This document shows, in pieces, positions 32,698-45,744 of a stretch of 64,000 nt of DNA; positions within the stretch are counted from its first letter, which is position 1, and each line of letters begins with the position of its first letter. A program made the position numbers and the translations under genes. The stretch lies in assembly GCF_051903065.1 (NCBI RefSeq), contig NZ_CP178438.1, one strand, 5' to 3'. The notes beneath the pieces were generated by a model, which saw nothing but the letters and a program-made list of their open reading frames with translations, ran no database searches and was not told the DNA's origin. Source of the DNA: Escherichia coli (GTDB lineage Bacteria > Pseudomonadota > Gammaproteobacteria > Enterobacterales > Enterobacteriaceae).

Positions 32698-33362
32698 TTT
32701 GGTTCTCTCTCCTGGCGATTAAGTTGATTCTCAAAATGGTTCTGCAACGTCGATAATACTGTCGCCATGATCCAGTAGATGAGCGAAGCCGCCAGGTACA
32801 TGGTGAACACCTCCAGCGTGCGCGAGGTAATCAACTGCGCCTGACGGAACAGCTCCGGCACCTGGATTGTCGCGGCCAGCGACGTATCTTTTACCAGACT
32901 GATAAAGCTGTTCGACAGCGGCGGCAACGCCACACGCGCCGCCTGTGGCAAAATCGCGCGACGCATAGTCTGCCATGGCGTCATACCAATACTGGCAGCT
33001 GCTTCCCACTGGCCTTTATCAATAGAAGAAATGGCGGCGCGAAGCGTTTCGGCAGCATAGGCGGCAGTGTTGAGCGACAGACCAATCATTGCTGACGGAA
33101 TGGGATCTAATTCGATACCAAACTGCGGCAGGCCGTAATAGATCATAAAAAGTTGTGCGATGAGCGGCGTACCACGAAAAATAGAGATATAAAAACGCGC
33201 CAGCCAGCGCACGGGCCAGATTGGCGACAGGCGCATCAGCGCGAGAATAAACCCGAGCAGTAAGCCAAAAAACATGCCGCCGATACTGAGTTGCAGCGTA
33301 TACCCAGCCCCTTTCAGCAGGAACGGCAAGGAATCAATAACCAGTTGTATACTTTCTTGCAT
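32694..33362 (-). CDS. tcyL: Cystine ABC transporter permease
   Basis: 222 aa. Confidence 0.9.
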   Translation of the reverse strand: MQESIQLVIDSLPFLLKGAGYTLQLSIGGMFFGLLLGFILALMRLSPIWPVRWLARFYISIFRGTPLIAQLFMIYYGLPQFGIELDPIPSAMIGLSLNTAAYAAETLRAAISSIDKGQWEAAASIGMTPWQTMRRAILPQAARVALPPLSNSFISLVKDTSLAATIQVPELFRQAQLITSRTLEVFTMYLAASLIYWIMATVLSTLQNHFENQLNRQEREPK

Positions 33363-33376
33363 GAGCGTTCCCGGAG

Positions 33377-35268
<1,892 letters not shown>

Positions 35269-35355
35269 ATTCACCCCGAATGTTGTTATGTCTGTTTGCA
35301 GTGTAGAGCCATTGTTTGTAAACACAAAAACAACTCCGCTACATCTTATTCTTAT

Positions 35356-35907
35356 TTAATATATATCAGAAGCAGGCAGGCTGGAGGATTTCTGCACAAG
35401 TCCGGTACAGGTTTGGCGCTGATAGTGTTGATACTTCCGTAATGCGATGCGGTAATTGTTGGTGCTGGTGGTGGGCAGCCACGGGGCGAGGATTTCATCA
35501 AGGAAACCGTCCTGCAGCTGATCGAGGGAAATATTTTGCTCGTGTAGATGATTCCCCAAACGGCGCAGACGAACGACATATTCACGCACCGTACCAGGGC
35601 TCATTTCAGTTTGCTCAAAAAGAAATTGCTTAAAGCCGATAATATCGAAAAAATCACTCTGCGTTTTGCAATGTAAATCACCGCAAAATCGGCACAATGC
35701 CGCCCATGATTTTTGTTCCGTTTGCCAGCCATTTTCATCAAGCAGCGTGTCCAGGCGGGAAATCTCGATTTTATTCACTATTTTGCCGTCGCGAACTAAG
35801 GTAATGCGATCGAGTAATTTACGGCAATGCGCGCAATGGGTCTGGCTGTGTTTAAAGTCTTTAAGATAGCGGCTTAATGGCCGTCTTTTCAGGTGCTGCA
35901 CCATCAT
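35356..35907 (-). CDS. fliZ: Regulator FliZ
   Basis: Start at MMVQHLKRR (183 aa). Confidence 0.9.
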   Translation of the reverse strand: MMVQHLKRRPLSRYLKDFKHSQTHCAHCRKLLDRITLVRDGKIVNKIEISRLDTLLDENGWQTEQKSWAALCRFCGDLHCKTQSDFFDIIGFKQFLFEQTEMSPGTVREYVVRLRRLGNHLHEQNISLDQLQDGFLDEILAPWLPTTSTNNYRIALRKYQHYQRQTCTGLVQKSSSLPASDIY

Positions 35908-35952
35908 TAAGAACTCCTGGTAGTCAAAGTTAAAGTGCGGCATTTACTGACG

Positions 35953-36672
35953 TTATAACTTACCCAGTTTAGTGCGTAACCGTTTAATGGCCTGGCTGTG
36001 TAACTGACTGACCCGCGATTCCCCGACCTCCAGCACCGCGCCAATCTCTTTGAGATTCAGCTCTTCCTGGTAATAGAGGGTTAATACCAGTTTTTCGCGC
36101 TCCGGCAACGTTTCGATAGCTTCCATCACCCGCTGGCGCAGATTACTGTCCAGCAGTTGTTGTAGCGGGTTTTCTCGCTGATGATCATCAGTAACCAGTT
36201 CAATGCTATCGCCGTGCTCTTCGCGCCACTCATCGTAGGAGAAGAGCTGGCTGTTATTGGTGTCGAGCAACATTTGGCGATAGTCGGCAATATCGATCCC
36301 TAAACGTTCCGCTACCTCAGTTTCCGTGGCGTTGCGGCCAAGTTCCTGCTCCAGTTGCCCTATTGCCTGTGCCACTTCACGCGCGTTGCGTCGCACGCTG
36401 CGCGGCACCCAGTCACGGCTGCGAAGTTCATCCAGCATAGCGCCACGGATACGCTGCACTGCGTAAGTTGTAAATGCCGTTCCTTGTAGGGCGTCATAGC
36501 GTTCGACGGCATTAAGTAACCCAATGCCGCCCGCCTGTAGCAGATCGTCAAGTTCCACGCTCGCGGGCAGTCGAACCTGCAGGCGCAATGCTTCGTGACG
36601 CACCAGCGGGACATAACGCTGCCACAGCGAGTGTTTATCCATTACACCTTCAGCGGTATAGAGTGAATTCAC
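35953..36672 (-). CDS. fliA: Flagellar sigma factor sigma-28
   Basis: 239 aa. Confidence 0.95.
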   Translation of the reverse strand: MNSLYTAEGVMDKHSLWQRYVPLVRHEALRLQVRLPASVELDDLLQAGGIGLLNAVERYDALQGTAFTTYAVQRIRGAMLDELRSRDWVPRSVRRNAREVAQAIGQLEQELGRNATETEVAERLGIDIADYRQMLLDTNNSQLFSYDEWREEHGDSIELVTDDHQRENPLQQLLDSNLRQRVMEAIETLPEREKLVLTLYYQEELNLKEIGAVLEVGESRVSQLHSQAIKRLRTKLGKL

Positions 36673-36794
36673 GATAAACAGCCCTGCGTTATATGAGTTA
36701 TCGGCATGATTATCCGTTTCTGCAGGGTTTTTAATCGGACGATTAGTGGGTGAAATGAGGGGTTATTTGGGGGTTACCGGTAAATTGCGGACAG

Positions 36795-36817
36795 AAAAAA
36801 CCCCGCCGGCGGCGGGG
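36795..36817 (-). terminator. Terminator in the fliC 3' region
   Basis: ccccgccggcggcgggg palindrome followed by T-run on minus strand. Confidence 0.5.
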
Positions 36818-36849
36818 AAGCACGTTGCTGACAAATTACCATTCATGTT

Positions 36850-36885
<36 letters not shown>

Positions 36886-36919
36886 AAATGTGCAAATTCA
36901 ATAAATTGCAATTCACCTT

Positions 36920-36949
36920 GTAGGCCTGATAAGCGCAGCGCATCAGGCA
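36920..36949. repeat. REP element
   Basis: gtaggcctgataagcgcagcgcatcaggca. Confidence 0.6.
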
Positions 36950-36991
36950 ATTTGGCGTTGCCGTCAGTCTCAGTTAATCAGGTTACGACGA

Positions 36992-38290
36992 TTAACCCTG
37001 CAGCAGAGACAGAACCTGCTGAGGAACCTGGTTAGCTTTGGACAGCACGGAGTTACCGGCCTGCTGAACGATCTGCGCTTTAGACATATTTGACACTTCG
37101 GTCGCATAGTCGGCATCCTGAATACGGGACTGCGCTTCAGACAGGTTAGTGGTGGTGTTATTCAGGTTGGTTACAGCAGAGCTCAGACGATTCTGTACCG
37201 CACCCAGAGAAGAACGGAATTTATCAACAGAAGCGATAGCTTTGTCCAATAGTGCCAGTGGGTTCTGAGTTGCAGTACCTTTCAGCTCAGTAGTTGCACC
37301 AGTACCGCTCAGTTGCAGAGTACCGGTATCAACAGCTGTAGTTGGAGCTGCAACACCGCTGTTCGCCAGAACGTCAACACCGGTCGCACCAGCCTGATAG
37401 TTTTTACCCTGAATGGTTACGTAACCAACAGCTGCACCGTTGGCGTCAGAAGTTACTTTGATCAGCTGACCGTTCTGAGTCGCTCCAGTAACACCATTAG
37501 TAGCGTCATCATAGGTGACGTCAGTGGTGTTCAGGTTAACTGCACCAGAGGCCGCGTTTACAGACACAGCATAGTTGTCGCTGCCAGAAGAAACAACGAA
37601 GGTACCAGTACCGTCACCAGCAGAGTCCTGAACTTCGTGCAGGCTCAGGGTGCTTGCATTCACGCCCAGTTTAGTTGCTACTGCGCTCAGGTCCACGTTC
37701 TTCGATGCAGCAGTAGTATTGCCGATCGTAGTGATAGAATCGCTCAGTTTCAGGGAGTTCTGAGAAACAGAGAAGCCGCTCAGACCCAGAGTAGAAGAGT
37801 CTATTTTCTGCAGGTCGATAGAGATAGTCTGGCCATCGTTCGCGCCAACCTGAATTGCCATAGAACCGTTTTTAGCCAGTACGTTCACGCCGTTAAACTG
37901 GGTCTGACCAGAGACGCGGTCAATTTCATCCAGACGAGATTTAATTTCATCCTGAATAGAAGAGAGATCGGAATCAGAGTTGGTACCAGTGGTGGCCTGC
38001 ACGGTCAACTCACGCACACGCTGCAAGTTGTTGTTAATCTCTGACAGCGCGCCTTCTGCTGTCTGTGCTAGAGAAATACCGTCATTGGCGTTACGTGCAG
38101 CCTGAGTCAGACCTTTGATGTTAGAAGTGAAGCGGTTAGCAATCGCCTGGCCCGCAGCGTCATCTTTAGCGCTGTTAATGCGCAGACCAGAAGAGAGGCG
38201 CTCGATAGAAGTCGACAGCGCAGACTGGTTTTTGTTGATGTTGTTCTGAGTGATCAGCGAGAGGCTGTTGGTATTAATGACTTGTGCCAT
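36992..38290 (-). CDS. fliC: Flagellin
   Basis: 432 aa; conserved N/C termini with a variable centre. Confidence 0.95.
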   Translation of the reverse strand: MAQVINTNSLSLITQNNINKNQSALSTSIERLSSGLRINSAKDDAAGQAIANRFTSNIKGLTQAARNANDGISLAQTAEGALSEINNNLQRVRELTVQATTGTNSDSDLSSIQDEIKSRLDEIDRVSGQTQFNGVNVLAKNGSMAIQVGANDGQTISIDLQKIDSSTLGLSGFSVSQNSLKLSDSITTIGNTTAASKNVDLSAVATKLGVNASTLSLHEVQDSAGDGTGTFVVSSGSDNYAVSVNAASGAVNLNTTDVTYDDATNGVTGATQNGQLIKVTSDANGAAVGYVTIQGKNYQAGATGVDVLANSGVAAPTTAVDTGTLQLSGTGATTELKGTATQNPLALLDKAIASVDKFRSSLGAVQNRLSSAVTNLNNTTTNLSEAQSRIQDADYATEVSNMSKAQIVQQAGNSVLSKANQVPQQVLSLLQG

Positions 38291-38366
38291 GATTCATTTT
38301 CCTGTTTTCAAGTCTACGGTTTAAGTATTGGGCTTCCACCCTTCGGCTTCGTCGCCGTCAACCCTG

Positions 38367-38393
38367 TTATCGTCTGGTCACTCACAACCTTTA
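38367..38393 (-). promoter_or_regulatory. Sigma-28 promoter for fliC
   Basis: Minus strand TAAAGGTT-N11-GACGATAA versus consensus TAAAGTTT-N11-GCCGATAA. Confidence 0.5.
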
Positions 38394-38466
38394 GAATTTT
38401 TTTCTAGCGGTCGAAATACTCCCCTTCCTCGTTGCTGTTCGTGTCATTAAGCCAAAAAATAAATCG

Positions 38467-38493
38467 TAAACTTTGCCCCGCTTACGCCGATAA
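38467..38493 (+). promoter_or_regulatory. Sigma-28 promoter for fliDST
   Basis: TAAACTTT-N11-GCCGATAA. Confidence 0.7.
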
Positions 38494-38535
38494 CCCCGGT
38501 ATTCGTTCTATACGTCGCATGATTAAGGAATCTAT

Positions 38536-39951
38536 ATGGCTAGTATTTCAACGCTTGGGGTTGGGTCGGGGCTGGACTTAAGCAGCATCCTTGACAGTCT
38601 GGAGGCGGCAGAAAAATCTACCCTGACGCCGATATCAAAACAGCAAAGCTCTTATACCGCGAAACTGAGCGCCTACGGGACGCTGAAAAGCGCACTAGAG
38701 AGCTTCCAGACAGCCAACACAGCACTGAATAAAGCCGATTTATTTACCGCCACCTCAACCACCAGCAGTTCATCGGCTTTCAGCGCCACCACCACGGGCA
38801 GCGCGATTGCCGGGAAATACACCATTAGCGTTAGCCAACTGGCGCAGGCACAAACGCTGACCACAAAAATTAGTCAAAAAGACAGTAAAGCTGCCATCGC
38901 AACCAGCGATAGCGTACTGACCATCCAGCAAGGCGGCGGTAAAGATCCGGTCACGATTGATATCAGCGCGGCTAACTCGTCACTTTCCGGCATTCGCGAT
39001 GCCATTAACAACGCCAAAGCTGGTGTCAGCGCCAGTATCATCAATGTGGGAAACGGCGAATATCGTCTGTCCATCACCGCTAACGATACGGGCAACGATA
39101 ACGCTATGAAACTTAGCGTCAGCGGCGACAGCGCCCTGGAAAGTTTTATGGGTTACAACGGAACGTCGGGTGATAGCAGCAATGGCATGATTGAAAGCGT
39201 CACCGCGCAAAACGCCAAACTGACAGTCAATAACGTTGAGATTGAAAACAGCAGTAACACTATCAGCGACGCGCTGGAAGATATCACACTCAACCTGAAT
39301 GACGTCACCACCGGTAATCAGACACTGACCATCAGTAAAGACACATCCAAAGCTGAAAATGCAGTCAAAGCATGGGTGGATGCCTATAACACATTGCAGG
39401 ATACATTCAGTAGCTTAACCAAATACACCGCTGTCGATGCCGGAGCAGAAAGTCAGGACTCCAGTAATGGAGCATTACTTGGTGACTCCACACTGCGTAC
39501 CATCCAGACACAGCTTAAAACCTTGCTCGCCAATACTCACAGCAGTTCAAACTATAAAACGCTGGCACAGATTGGCATTACCAGCGATGCCAGTACCGGC
39601 AAGCTGGAAATCGCGACCGACAAACTGCAAACGGCACTAAAAAAAGATGCCGCAGGCATCGGTGAAATGTTTATAGGTGACGGTAAAAGTACAGGGGTAA
39701 CTACCGGCATTAGTAGCAACCTGACCAGTTGGCTCTCTTCCACCGGGATAATCCAGGCCGCAAAAGATGGCGTCAGCAAAACGCTGAATAATTTGACCGA
39801 CCAGTACAACGCAGCCAGTGAGCGTATCGATACCTTAATGACGCGCTATAAAGCCCAGTTCACCCAATTAGATGTGTTAATGAACTCGCTTAACTCCACC
39901 AGTAGCTATCTGACACAGCAGTTCGACACCTCAAATAGCAACTCGAAATAA
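38536..39951 (+). CDS. fliD: Flagellar filament cap protein
   Basis: 471 aa. Confidence 0.95.
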   Translation: MASISTLGVGSGLDLSSILDSLEAAEKSTLTPISKQQSSYTAKLSAYGTLKSALESFQTANTALNKADLFTATSTTSSSSAFSATTTGSAIAGKYTISVSQLAQAQTLTTKISQKDSKAAIATSDSVLTIQQGGGKDPVTIDISAANSSLSGIRDAINNAKAGVSASIINVGNGEYRLSITANDTGNDNAMKLSVSGDSALESFMGYNGTSGDSSNGMIESVTAQNAKLTVNNVEIENSSNTISDALEDITLNLNDVTTGNQTLTISKDTSKAENAVKAWVDAYNTLQDTFSSLTKYTAVDAGAESQDSSNGALLGDSTLRTIQTQLKTLLANTHSSSNYKTLAQIGITSDASTGKLEIATDKLQTALKKDAAGIGEMFIGDGKSTGVTTGISSNLTSWLSSTGIIQAAKDGVSKTLNNLTDQYNAASERIDTLMTRYKAQFTQLDVLMNSLNSTSSYLTQQFDTSNSNSK

Positions 39952-39966
39952 TCTTCAGGAGAAACT

Positions 39967-40377
39967 ATGTACGCGGCAAAAGGCACCCAGGCCTATGCAC
40001 AAATTGGCGTCGAAAGCGCCGTAATGAGCGCCAGCCAGCAACAGCTGGTCACCATGCTATTTGATGGAGTGCTGAGCGCACTGGTTAGGGCGCGCCTGTT
40101 TATGCAGGACAACAATCAGCAAGGCAAAGGCGTCTCTTTGTCAAAAGCGATCAACATCATTGAGAACGGGCTGCGGGTGAGTCTTGATGAAGAGAGCAAA
40201 GACGAACTAACCCAAAACTTGATTGCTCTTTATAGCTATATGGTCAGGCGCTTGCTGCAAGCCAATTTACGCAACGATGTCTCCGCAGTCGAAGAGGTGG
40301 AAGCATTAATGCGTAATATTGCCGATGCCTGGAAAGAGTCTTTACTCTCCCCTTCTTTGATTCAGGACCCAGTCTGA
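39967..40377 (+). CDS. fliS: Flagellin chaperone
   Basis: 136 aa. Confidence 0.95.
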   Translation: MYAAKGTQAYAQIGVESAVMSASQQQLVTMLFDGVLSALVRARLFMQDNNQQGKGVSLSKAINIIENGLRVSLDEESKDELTQNLIALYSYMVRRLLQANLRNDVSAVEEVEALMRNIADAWKESLLSPSLIQDPV

Positions 40378-40742
40378 TGAACAATGCACCGCATTTGTAT
40401 TTCGCCTGGCAACAACTCGTCGAAAAAAGCCAGCTCATGTTACGCCTGGCAACAGAAGAACAGTGGGACGAACTCATCGCCAGCGAAATGGCGTATGTGA
40501 ATGCGGTGCAGGAGATTGCACACCTGACTGAAGAGGTTGAGCCGTCCACCACGATGCAGGAGCAGCTCCGCCCGATGCTGCGCCTGATTCTCGACAACGA
40601 AAGCAAGGTAAAGCAGTTATTACAGATTCGGATGGATGAACTGGCGAAACTGGTCGGTCAGTCATCGGTGCAAAAATCGGTGTTAAGTGCCTATGGCGAT
40701 CAGGGCGGCTTTGTGCTGGCTCCGCAGGATAACCTCTTTTGA
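40377..40742 (+). CDS. fliT: Flagellar chaperone / anti-FlhDC factor
   Basis: 121 aa. Confidence 0.9.
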   Translation: MNNAPHLYFAWQQLVEKSQLMLRLATEEQWDELIASEMAYVNAVQEIAHLTEEVEPSTTMQEQLRPMLRLILDNESKVKQLLQIRMDELAKLVGQSSVQKSVLSAYGDQGGFVLAPQDNLF

Positions 40743-40819
40743 ATCTTAAAGAGCCAATGGCTCGCGAATAATCCGATTACGGCTACGCTTCTAATGTTCC
40801 CCTTGAATGGAGTCGAAGA

Positions 40820-42307
40820 ATGCGTAATCCCACGCTGTTACAATGTTTTCACTGGTATTACCCGGAAGGCGGTAAGCTCTGGCCTGAACTGGCCGAGCGC
40901 GCCGACGGTTTTAATGATATTGGTATCAATATGGTCTGGTTGCCGCCCGCCTATAAAGGCGCATCGGGCGGGTATTCGGTCGGCTACGACTCCTATGATT
41001 TATTTGATTTAGGTGAGTTTGATCAGAAAGGCAGCATCCCTACTAAATATGGCGATAAAGCACAACTGCTGGCCGCCATTGACGCTCTGAAACGTAATGA
41101 CATTGCGGTGCTGTTGGACGTGGTAGTCAACCACAAAATGGGCGCGGATGAAAAAGAAGCTATTCGCGTGCAGCGTGTAAATGCTGACGACCGTACGCAA
41201 ATTGATGAAGAAATCATTGAGTGCGAAGGCTGGACGCGTTACACCTTCCCCGCCCGTGCCGGGCAATACTCGCAGTTTATCTGGGATTTCAAATGTTTTA
41301 GCGGTATCGACGATATCGAAAACCCTGATGAAGATGGCATTTTTAAAATTGTTAACGACTACACCGGCGAAGGCTGGAACGATCAGGTTGATGATGAACT
41401 CGGTAATTTCGATTATCTGATGGGTGAGAATATCGATTTCCGCAATCATGCCGTGACGGAAGAGATTAAATACTGGGCGCGCTGGGTGATGGAACAAACA
41501 CAATGCGACGGTTTTCGTCTTGATGCGGTCAAACATATTCCGGCGTGGTTTTATAAAGAGTGGATCGAACACGTACAGGAAGTTGCGCCAAAGCCGCTGT
41601 TTATTGTGGCAGAGTACTGGTCGCATGAAGTCGATAAACTGCAAACGTATATTGATCAGGTGGAAGGCAAAACCATGCTGTTTGATGCGCCGCTGCAGAT
41701 GAAATTCCATGAAGCATCGCGCATGGGGCGCGACTACGACATGACGCAGATTTTCACGGGTACATTAGTGGAAGCCGATCCTTTCCATGCCGTGACCCTC
41801 GTTGCCAACCACGACACCCAACCGTTGCAAGCCCTCGAAGCACCGGTCGAACCGTGGTTTAAACCGCTGGCGTATGCTCTAATTTTGTTGCGGGAAAATG
41901 GCGTTCCTTCGGTATTCTATCCGGACCTCTACGGTGCGCATTACGAAGATGTCGGTGGTGACGGGCAAACCTATCCGATAGATATGCCAATAATCGAACA
42001 GCTTGATGAGTTAATTCTCGCCCGTCAGCGTTTCGCCCACGGTGTACAGACGTTATTTTTCGACCATCCGAACTGCATTGCCTTTAGCCGCAGTGGCACC
42101 GACGAATATCCCGGCTGCGTGGTGGTCATGTCGAACGGGGATGATGGCGAAAAAACCATTCATCTGGGAGAGAATTACGGCAATAAAACCTGGCGTGATT
42201 TTCTGGGGAACCGGCAAGAGAGCGTAGTGACCGACGAAAACGGCGAAGCAACCTTCTTTTGCAACGGCGGCAGCGTAAGCGTGTGGGTTATCGAAGAGGT
42301 GATTTAA
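40820..42307 (+). CDS. amyA: Cytoplasmic alpha-amylase
   Basis: 495 aa. Confidence 0.95.
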   Translation: MRNPTLLQCFHWYYPEGGKLWPELAERADGFNDIGINMVWLPPAYKGASGGYSVGYDSYDLFDLGEFDQKGSIPTKYGDKAQLLAAIDALKRNDIAVLLDVVVNHKMGADEKEAIRVQRVNADDRTQIDEEIIECEGWTRYTFPARAGQYSQFIWDFKCFSGIDDIENPDEDGIFKIVNDYTGEGWNDQVDDELGNFDYLMGENIDFRNHAVTEEIKYWARWVMEQTQCDGFRLDAVKHIPAWFYKEWIEHVQEVAPKPLFIVAEYWSHEVDKLQTYIDQVEGKTMLFDAPLQMKFHEASRMGRDYDMTQIFTGTLVEADPFHAVTLVANHDTQPLQALEAPVEPWFKPLAYALILLRENGVPSVFYPDLYGAHYEDVGGDGQTYPIDMPIIEQLDELILARQRFAHGVQTLFFDHPNCIAFSRSGTDEYPGCVVVMSNGDDGEKTIHLGENYGNKTWRDFLGNRQESVVTDENGEATFFCNGGSVSVWVIEEVI

Positions 42308-42340
42308 ATTCATCCCCGGCGGCAAGCCGGGGAGATTTCA

Positions 42341-42754
42341 TTACGGCAATGGCGTCGGTAACGGCGCTTTATCCAGCGCGGCGGCACACTCTGCTGTCGG
42401 GCGATCCACACGCTCCATCGTCATACCATCGTACTCAATGGTGTTACCGTCACGCTCAACCTCGTACAGCTCACGTTTTACGGTAACGTTAGTGAGATCA
42501 TCAGACATCAATGTCAACTTACCCGGCACGGCAATCACCCGCTGCCACTGACGGCAATCCAGGGTATCGCCCTCTTTAGTGACAATCAGGCTGCCTATCG
42601 CTTCCGGGCTGACCAGCGCACGTTGCGGCCCTTTGGTCTGCCAGTAGCCCGCCAGCCAGTCCGGCGCGGGGGTTTTCACGACATTGTTATAGTTTTCGAC
42701 TTCGGCACAGCCCGCCAGCAACATGAGCGCGCCTGCAATTGCGAGTTTTTTCAT
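42341..42754 (-). CDS. yedD: Lipoprotein YedD
   Basis: Start at MKKLAIAG with lipobox LAGC. Confidence 0.85.
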   Translation of the reverse strand: MKKLAIAGALMLLAGCAEVENYNNVVKTPAPDWLAGYWQTKGPQRALVSPEAIGSLIVTKEGDTLDCRQWQRVIAVPGKLTLMSDDLTNVTVKRELYEVERDGNTIEYDGMTMERVDRPTAECAAALDKAPLPTPLP

Positions 42755-42940
42755 CATTCGTCCTGCATGAGAAGAAAAGAGGATTGTGGCATTAAAGCCC
42801 TGATGTCGCCAGCCTTTCAAGGTTCAGAGAGAAATTTGATCTAACTATTATTTTTGTGAATTATTACCCCGAAAATAAATTTGCATGGTGTATGATTCGC
42901 GACTCTTGTTTCAAACCTTCTGAGTTCAGAGGCTACATTC

Positions 42941-44146
42941 ATGTCATGGCAGCAATTCAAACACGCCTGGTTGATTAAATTCTGGGCCCCCATCCCTGCG
43001 GTCATCGCGGCGGGTATTCTCTCTACTTACTATTTTGGCATTACTGGCACCTTTTGGGCTGTCACGGGTGAATTTACCCGTTGGGGCGGTCAGCTCCTGC
43101 AGCTGTTTGGCGTCCATGCTGAAGAGTGGGGTTATTTTAAAATTATCCATCTGGAAGGATCGCCATTAACCCGCATCGACGGGATGATGATCCTCGGTAT
43201 GTTTGGCGGCTGCTTTGCCGCAGCGCTGTGGGCCAACAATGTCAAACTACGCATGCCGCGTAGCCGTATCCGCATTATGCAGGCCATCATTGGCGGCATT
43301 ATCGCCGGTTTTGGCGCGCGTCTGGCAATGGGCTGTAACCTGGCGGCATTCTTTACCGGTATTCCTCAGTTCTCGCTGCATGCCTGGTTCTTTGCCATCG
43401 CCACTGCCATTGGTTCATGGTTTGGCGCGCGCTTTACCCTGCTGCCCATCTTCCGTATTCCCGTGAAAATGCAGAAAGTTTCTGCCGCCTCACCGCTGAC
43501 GCAAAAACCGGATCAGGCGCGGCGTCGTTTTCGTCTCGGGATGCTGGTCTTTTTCGGCATGCTGGGCTGGGCGCTGCTCACGGCGATGAACCAACCAAAA
43601 CTGGGGCTGGCAATGCTGTTTGGCGTCGGCTTTGGTTTACTGATTGAACGTGCGCAAATCTGCTTTACTTCGGCGTTCCGCGATATGTGGATCACCGGAC
43701 GTACCCATATGGCGAAAGCAATCATTATTGGTATGGCGGTGAGTGCCATCGGGATCTTCAGTTACGTACAGTTAGGCGTTGAACCCAAAATCATGTGGGC
43801 GGGACCAAACGCGGTAATTGGTGGTTTACTGTTTGGTTTTGGCATCGTGCTGGCTGGCGGCTGCGAAACCGGCTGGATGTACCGCGCGGTAGAAGGCCAG
43901 GTGCACTACTGGTGGGTCGGTCTGGGCAATGTGATCGGCTCAACGATTCTGGCGTATTACTGGGATGATTTCGCTCCGGCGCTGGCCACCGACTGGGACA
44001 AAATCAACCTGCTGAAAACCTTTGGTCCGATGGGTGGCCTGCTGGTGACATATTTGCTGTTGTTTGCTGCGCTGATGTTGATTATCGGCTGGGAAAAACG
44101 CTTCTTCCGCCGTGCGGCACCGCAGACTGCTAAGGAGATCGCATGA
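42941..44146 (+). CDS. yedE: YedE family membrane transporter
   Basis: 401 aa. Confidence 0.9.
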   Translation: MSWQQFKHAWLIKFWAPIPAVIAAGILSTYYFGITGTFWAVTGEFTRWGGQLLQLFGVHAEEWGYFKIIHLEGSPLTRIDGMMILGMFGGCFAAALWANNVKLRMPRSRIRIMQAIIGGIIAGFGARLAMGCNLAAFFTGIPQFSLHAWFFAIATAIGSWFGARFTLLPIFRIPVKMQKVSAASPLTQKPDQARRRFRLGMLVFFGMLGWALLTAMNQPKLGLAMLFGVGFGLLIERAQICFTSAFRDMWITGRTHMAKAIIIGMAVSAIGIFSYVQLGVEPKIMWAGPNAVIGGLLFGFGIVLAGGCETGWMYRAVEGQVHYWWVGLGNVIGSTILAYYWDDFAPALATDWDKINLLKTFGPMGGLLVTYLLLFAALMLIIGWEKRFFRRAAPQTAKEIA

Positions 44147-44376
44147 AAAATATCGTTCCTGATTACCGTCTTGATATGGTGGGTGAACCCTGCCCTTATC
44201 CGGCAGTCGCAACTCTTGAGGCGATGCCGCAGTTAAAAAAAGGGGAAATCCTGGAAGTGGTGAGCGACTGTCCGCAGTCGATCAATAATATACCACTGGA
44301 TGCGCGTAATCACGGCTATACGGTGCTGGATATTCAGCAAGACGGGCCGACCATTCGTTATTTAATTCAGAAGTAA
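44143..44376 (+). CDS. yedF: TusA-like protein YedF
   Basis: 77 aa, 4-bp overlap with yedE. Confidence 0.9.
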   Translation: MKNIVPDYRLDMVGEPCPYPAVATLEAMPQLKKGEILEVVSDCPQSINNIPLDARNHGYTVLDIQQDGPTIRYLIQK

Positions 44377-44484
44377 TCCCTCATTCCCGCTGTGGCCCAC
44401 AGCGGGAATATCGTTGCCTCTGTACCACATAGATTTTACCCGCCCCCTCTCCTATTCTTTTCAGTGTGCTCTCAGGAGGTTTCT

Positions 44485-45153
44485 ATGTGTGGACGCTTTG
44501 CCCAATCCCAAACGCGTGAAGATTACCTTGCGCTTCTCGCGGAAGATATTGAACGCGATATTCCCTATGATCCCGAACCCATTGGCAGATACAACGTCGC
44601 GCCGGGAACCAAAGTCCTTCTGCTCAGTGAACGTGACGAACACCTTCATCTGGATCCGGTTTTCTGGGGATATGCTCCCGGATGGTGGGATAAACCGCCG
44701 CTGATTAACGCCCGCGTAGAAACTGCCGCAACGAGTCGCATGTTTAAGCCGCTCTGGCAACATGGTCGGGCAATCTGTTTTGCCGATGGCTGGTTTGAGT
44801 GGAAAAAAGAAGGCGACAAAAAGCAGCCTTATTTTATCTATCGTGCTGATGGACAACCTGTTTTTATGGCAGCGATAGGCAGCACACCGTTCGAGCGCGG
44901 TGACGAAGCCGAAGGATTTTTGATTGTCACTGCAGCAGCAGACCAGGGTCTGGTAGATATTCATGACCGCCGCCCGCTGGTTCTGTCGCCAGAAGCTGCG
45001 CGGGAATGGATGCGGCAAGATATTGGCGGTAAAGAAGCCTCAGAAATCGCTACCAGTGGTTGTGTGCCAGCAAACCAGTTCACCTGGCACCCGGTATCGC
45101 GCGCGGTGGGTAATGTTAAAAACCAGGGTGCGGAGTTAATTCAACCTGTTTGA
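44485..45153 (+). CDS. yedK: SOS-response associated peptidase (SRAP) YedK
   Basis: Start MCGRF after GGAGG. Confidence 0.9.
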   Translation: MCGRFAQSQTREDYLALLAEDIERDIPYDPEPIGRYNVAPGTKVLLLSERDEHLHLDPVFWGYAPGWWDKPPLINARVETAATSRMFKPLWQHGRAICFADGWFEWKKEGDKKQPYFIYRADGQPVFMAAIGSTPFERGDEAEGFLIVTAAADQGLVDIHDRRPLVLSPEAAREWMRQDIGGKEASEIATSGCVPANQFTWHPVSRAVGNVKNQGAELIQPV

Positions 45154-45264
45154 TAAGCCTGGAGATTATTGATCAACAATACTGCGTCATAAGTAATCTC
45201 TATTAGACAAAGATTTCATTACCTGTTGGCATATTGCAAAAAATAACACCAATACGGAATCGTC

Positions 45265-45744
45265 ATGTTCACGATTAAAACAGATGATCTCACCCATCCA
45301 GCAGTGCAAGCATTAGTGGCTTACCATATTTCCGGCATGCTGCAGCAGTCTCCCCCTGAAAGCAGTCATGCTTTAGATGTGCAAAAATTACGTAACCCGA
45401 CAGTGACATTCTGGTCAGTATGGGAAGGCGAACAACTCGCAGGAATTGGTGCGCTGAAGTTGCTGGATGATAAACATGGCGAACTGAAATCAATGCGTAC
45501 CGCGCCAAATTATTTACGTCGGGGTGTCGCCAGTCTGATTTTACGCCACATTTTGCAGGTCGCCCATGACAGATGCCTTCATCGCCTGAGCTTAGAAACG
45601 GGTACACAGGCTGGATTTACGGCCTGCCATCAACTTTATTTGAAGCATGGTTTCGTTGATTGCGAACCGTTTGCCGATTATCAACTTGATCCACACAGTC
45701 GATTTTTGTCATTGACGCTATGCGAAAATAATGAATTGCCATGA
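45265..45744 (+). CDS. yedL: GNAT family N-acetyltransferase
   Basis: 159 aa. Confidence 0.9.
   Translation: MFTIKTDDLTHPAVQALVAYHISGMLQQSPPESSHALDVQKLRNPTVTFWSVWEGEQLAGIGALKLLDDKHGELKSMRTAPNYLRRGVASLILRHILQVAHDRCLHRLSLETGTQAGFTACHQLYLKHGFVDCEPFADYQLDPHSRFLSLTLCENNELP

Noticed and set aside
37313-38044. 243-aa plus-strand ORF inside fliC
   Set aside because: Antisense to flagellin; Ser/Thr/Val-rich as expected from the reverse complement of the fliC variable region.
41009-41710. 233-aa minus-strand ORF inside amyA
   Set aside because: Antisense to a well-recognised amyA frame.
44392-44484. N-terminal extension of yedK (track ORF from 44392)
   Set aside because: The conserved SRAP N-terminus begins at MCGRF (catalytic Cys2), which is preceded by a GGAGG RBS; the extension is likely non-coding.
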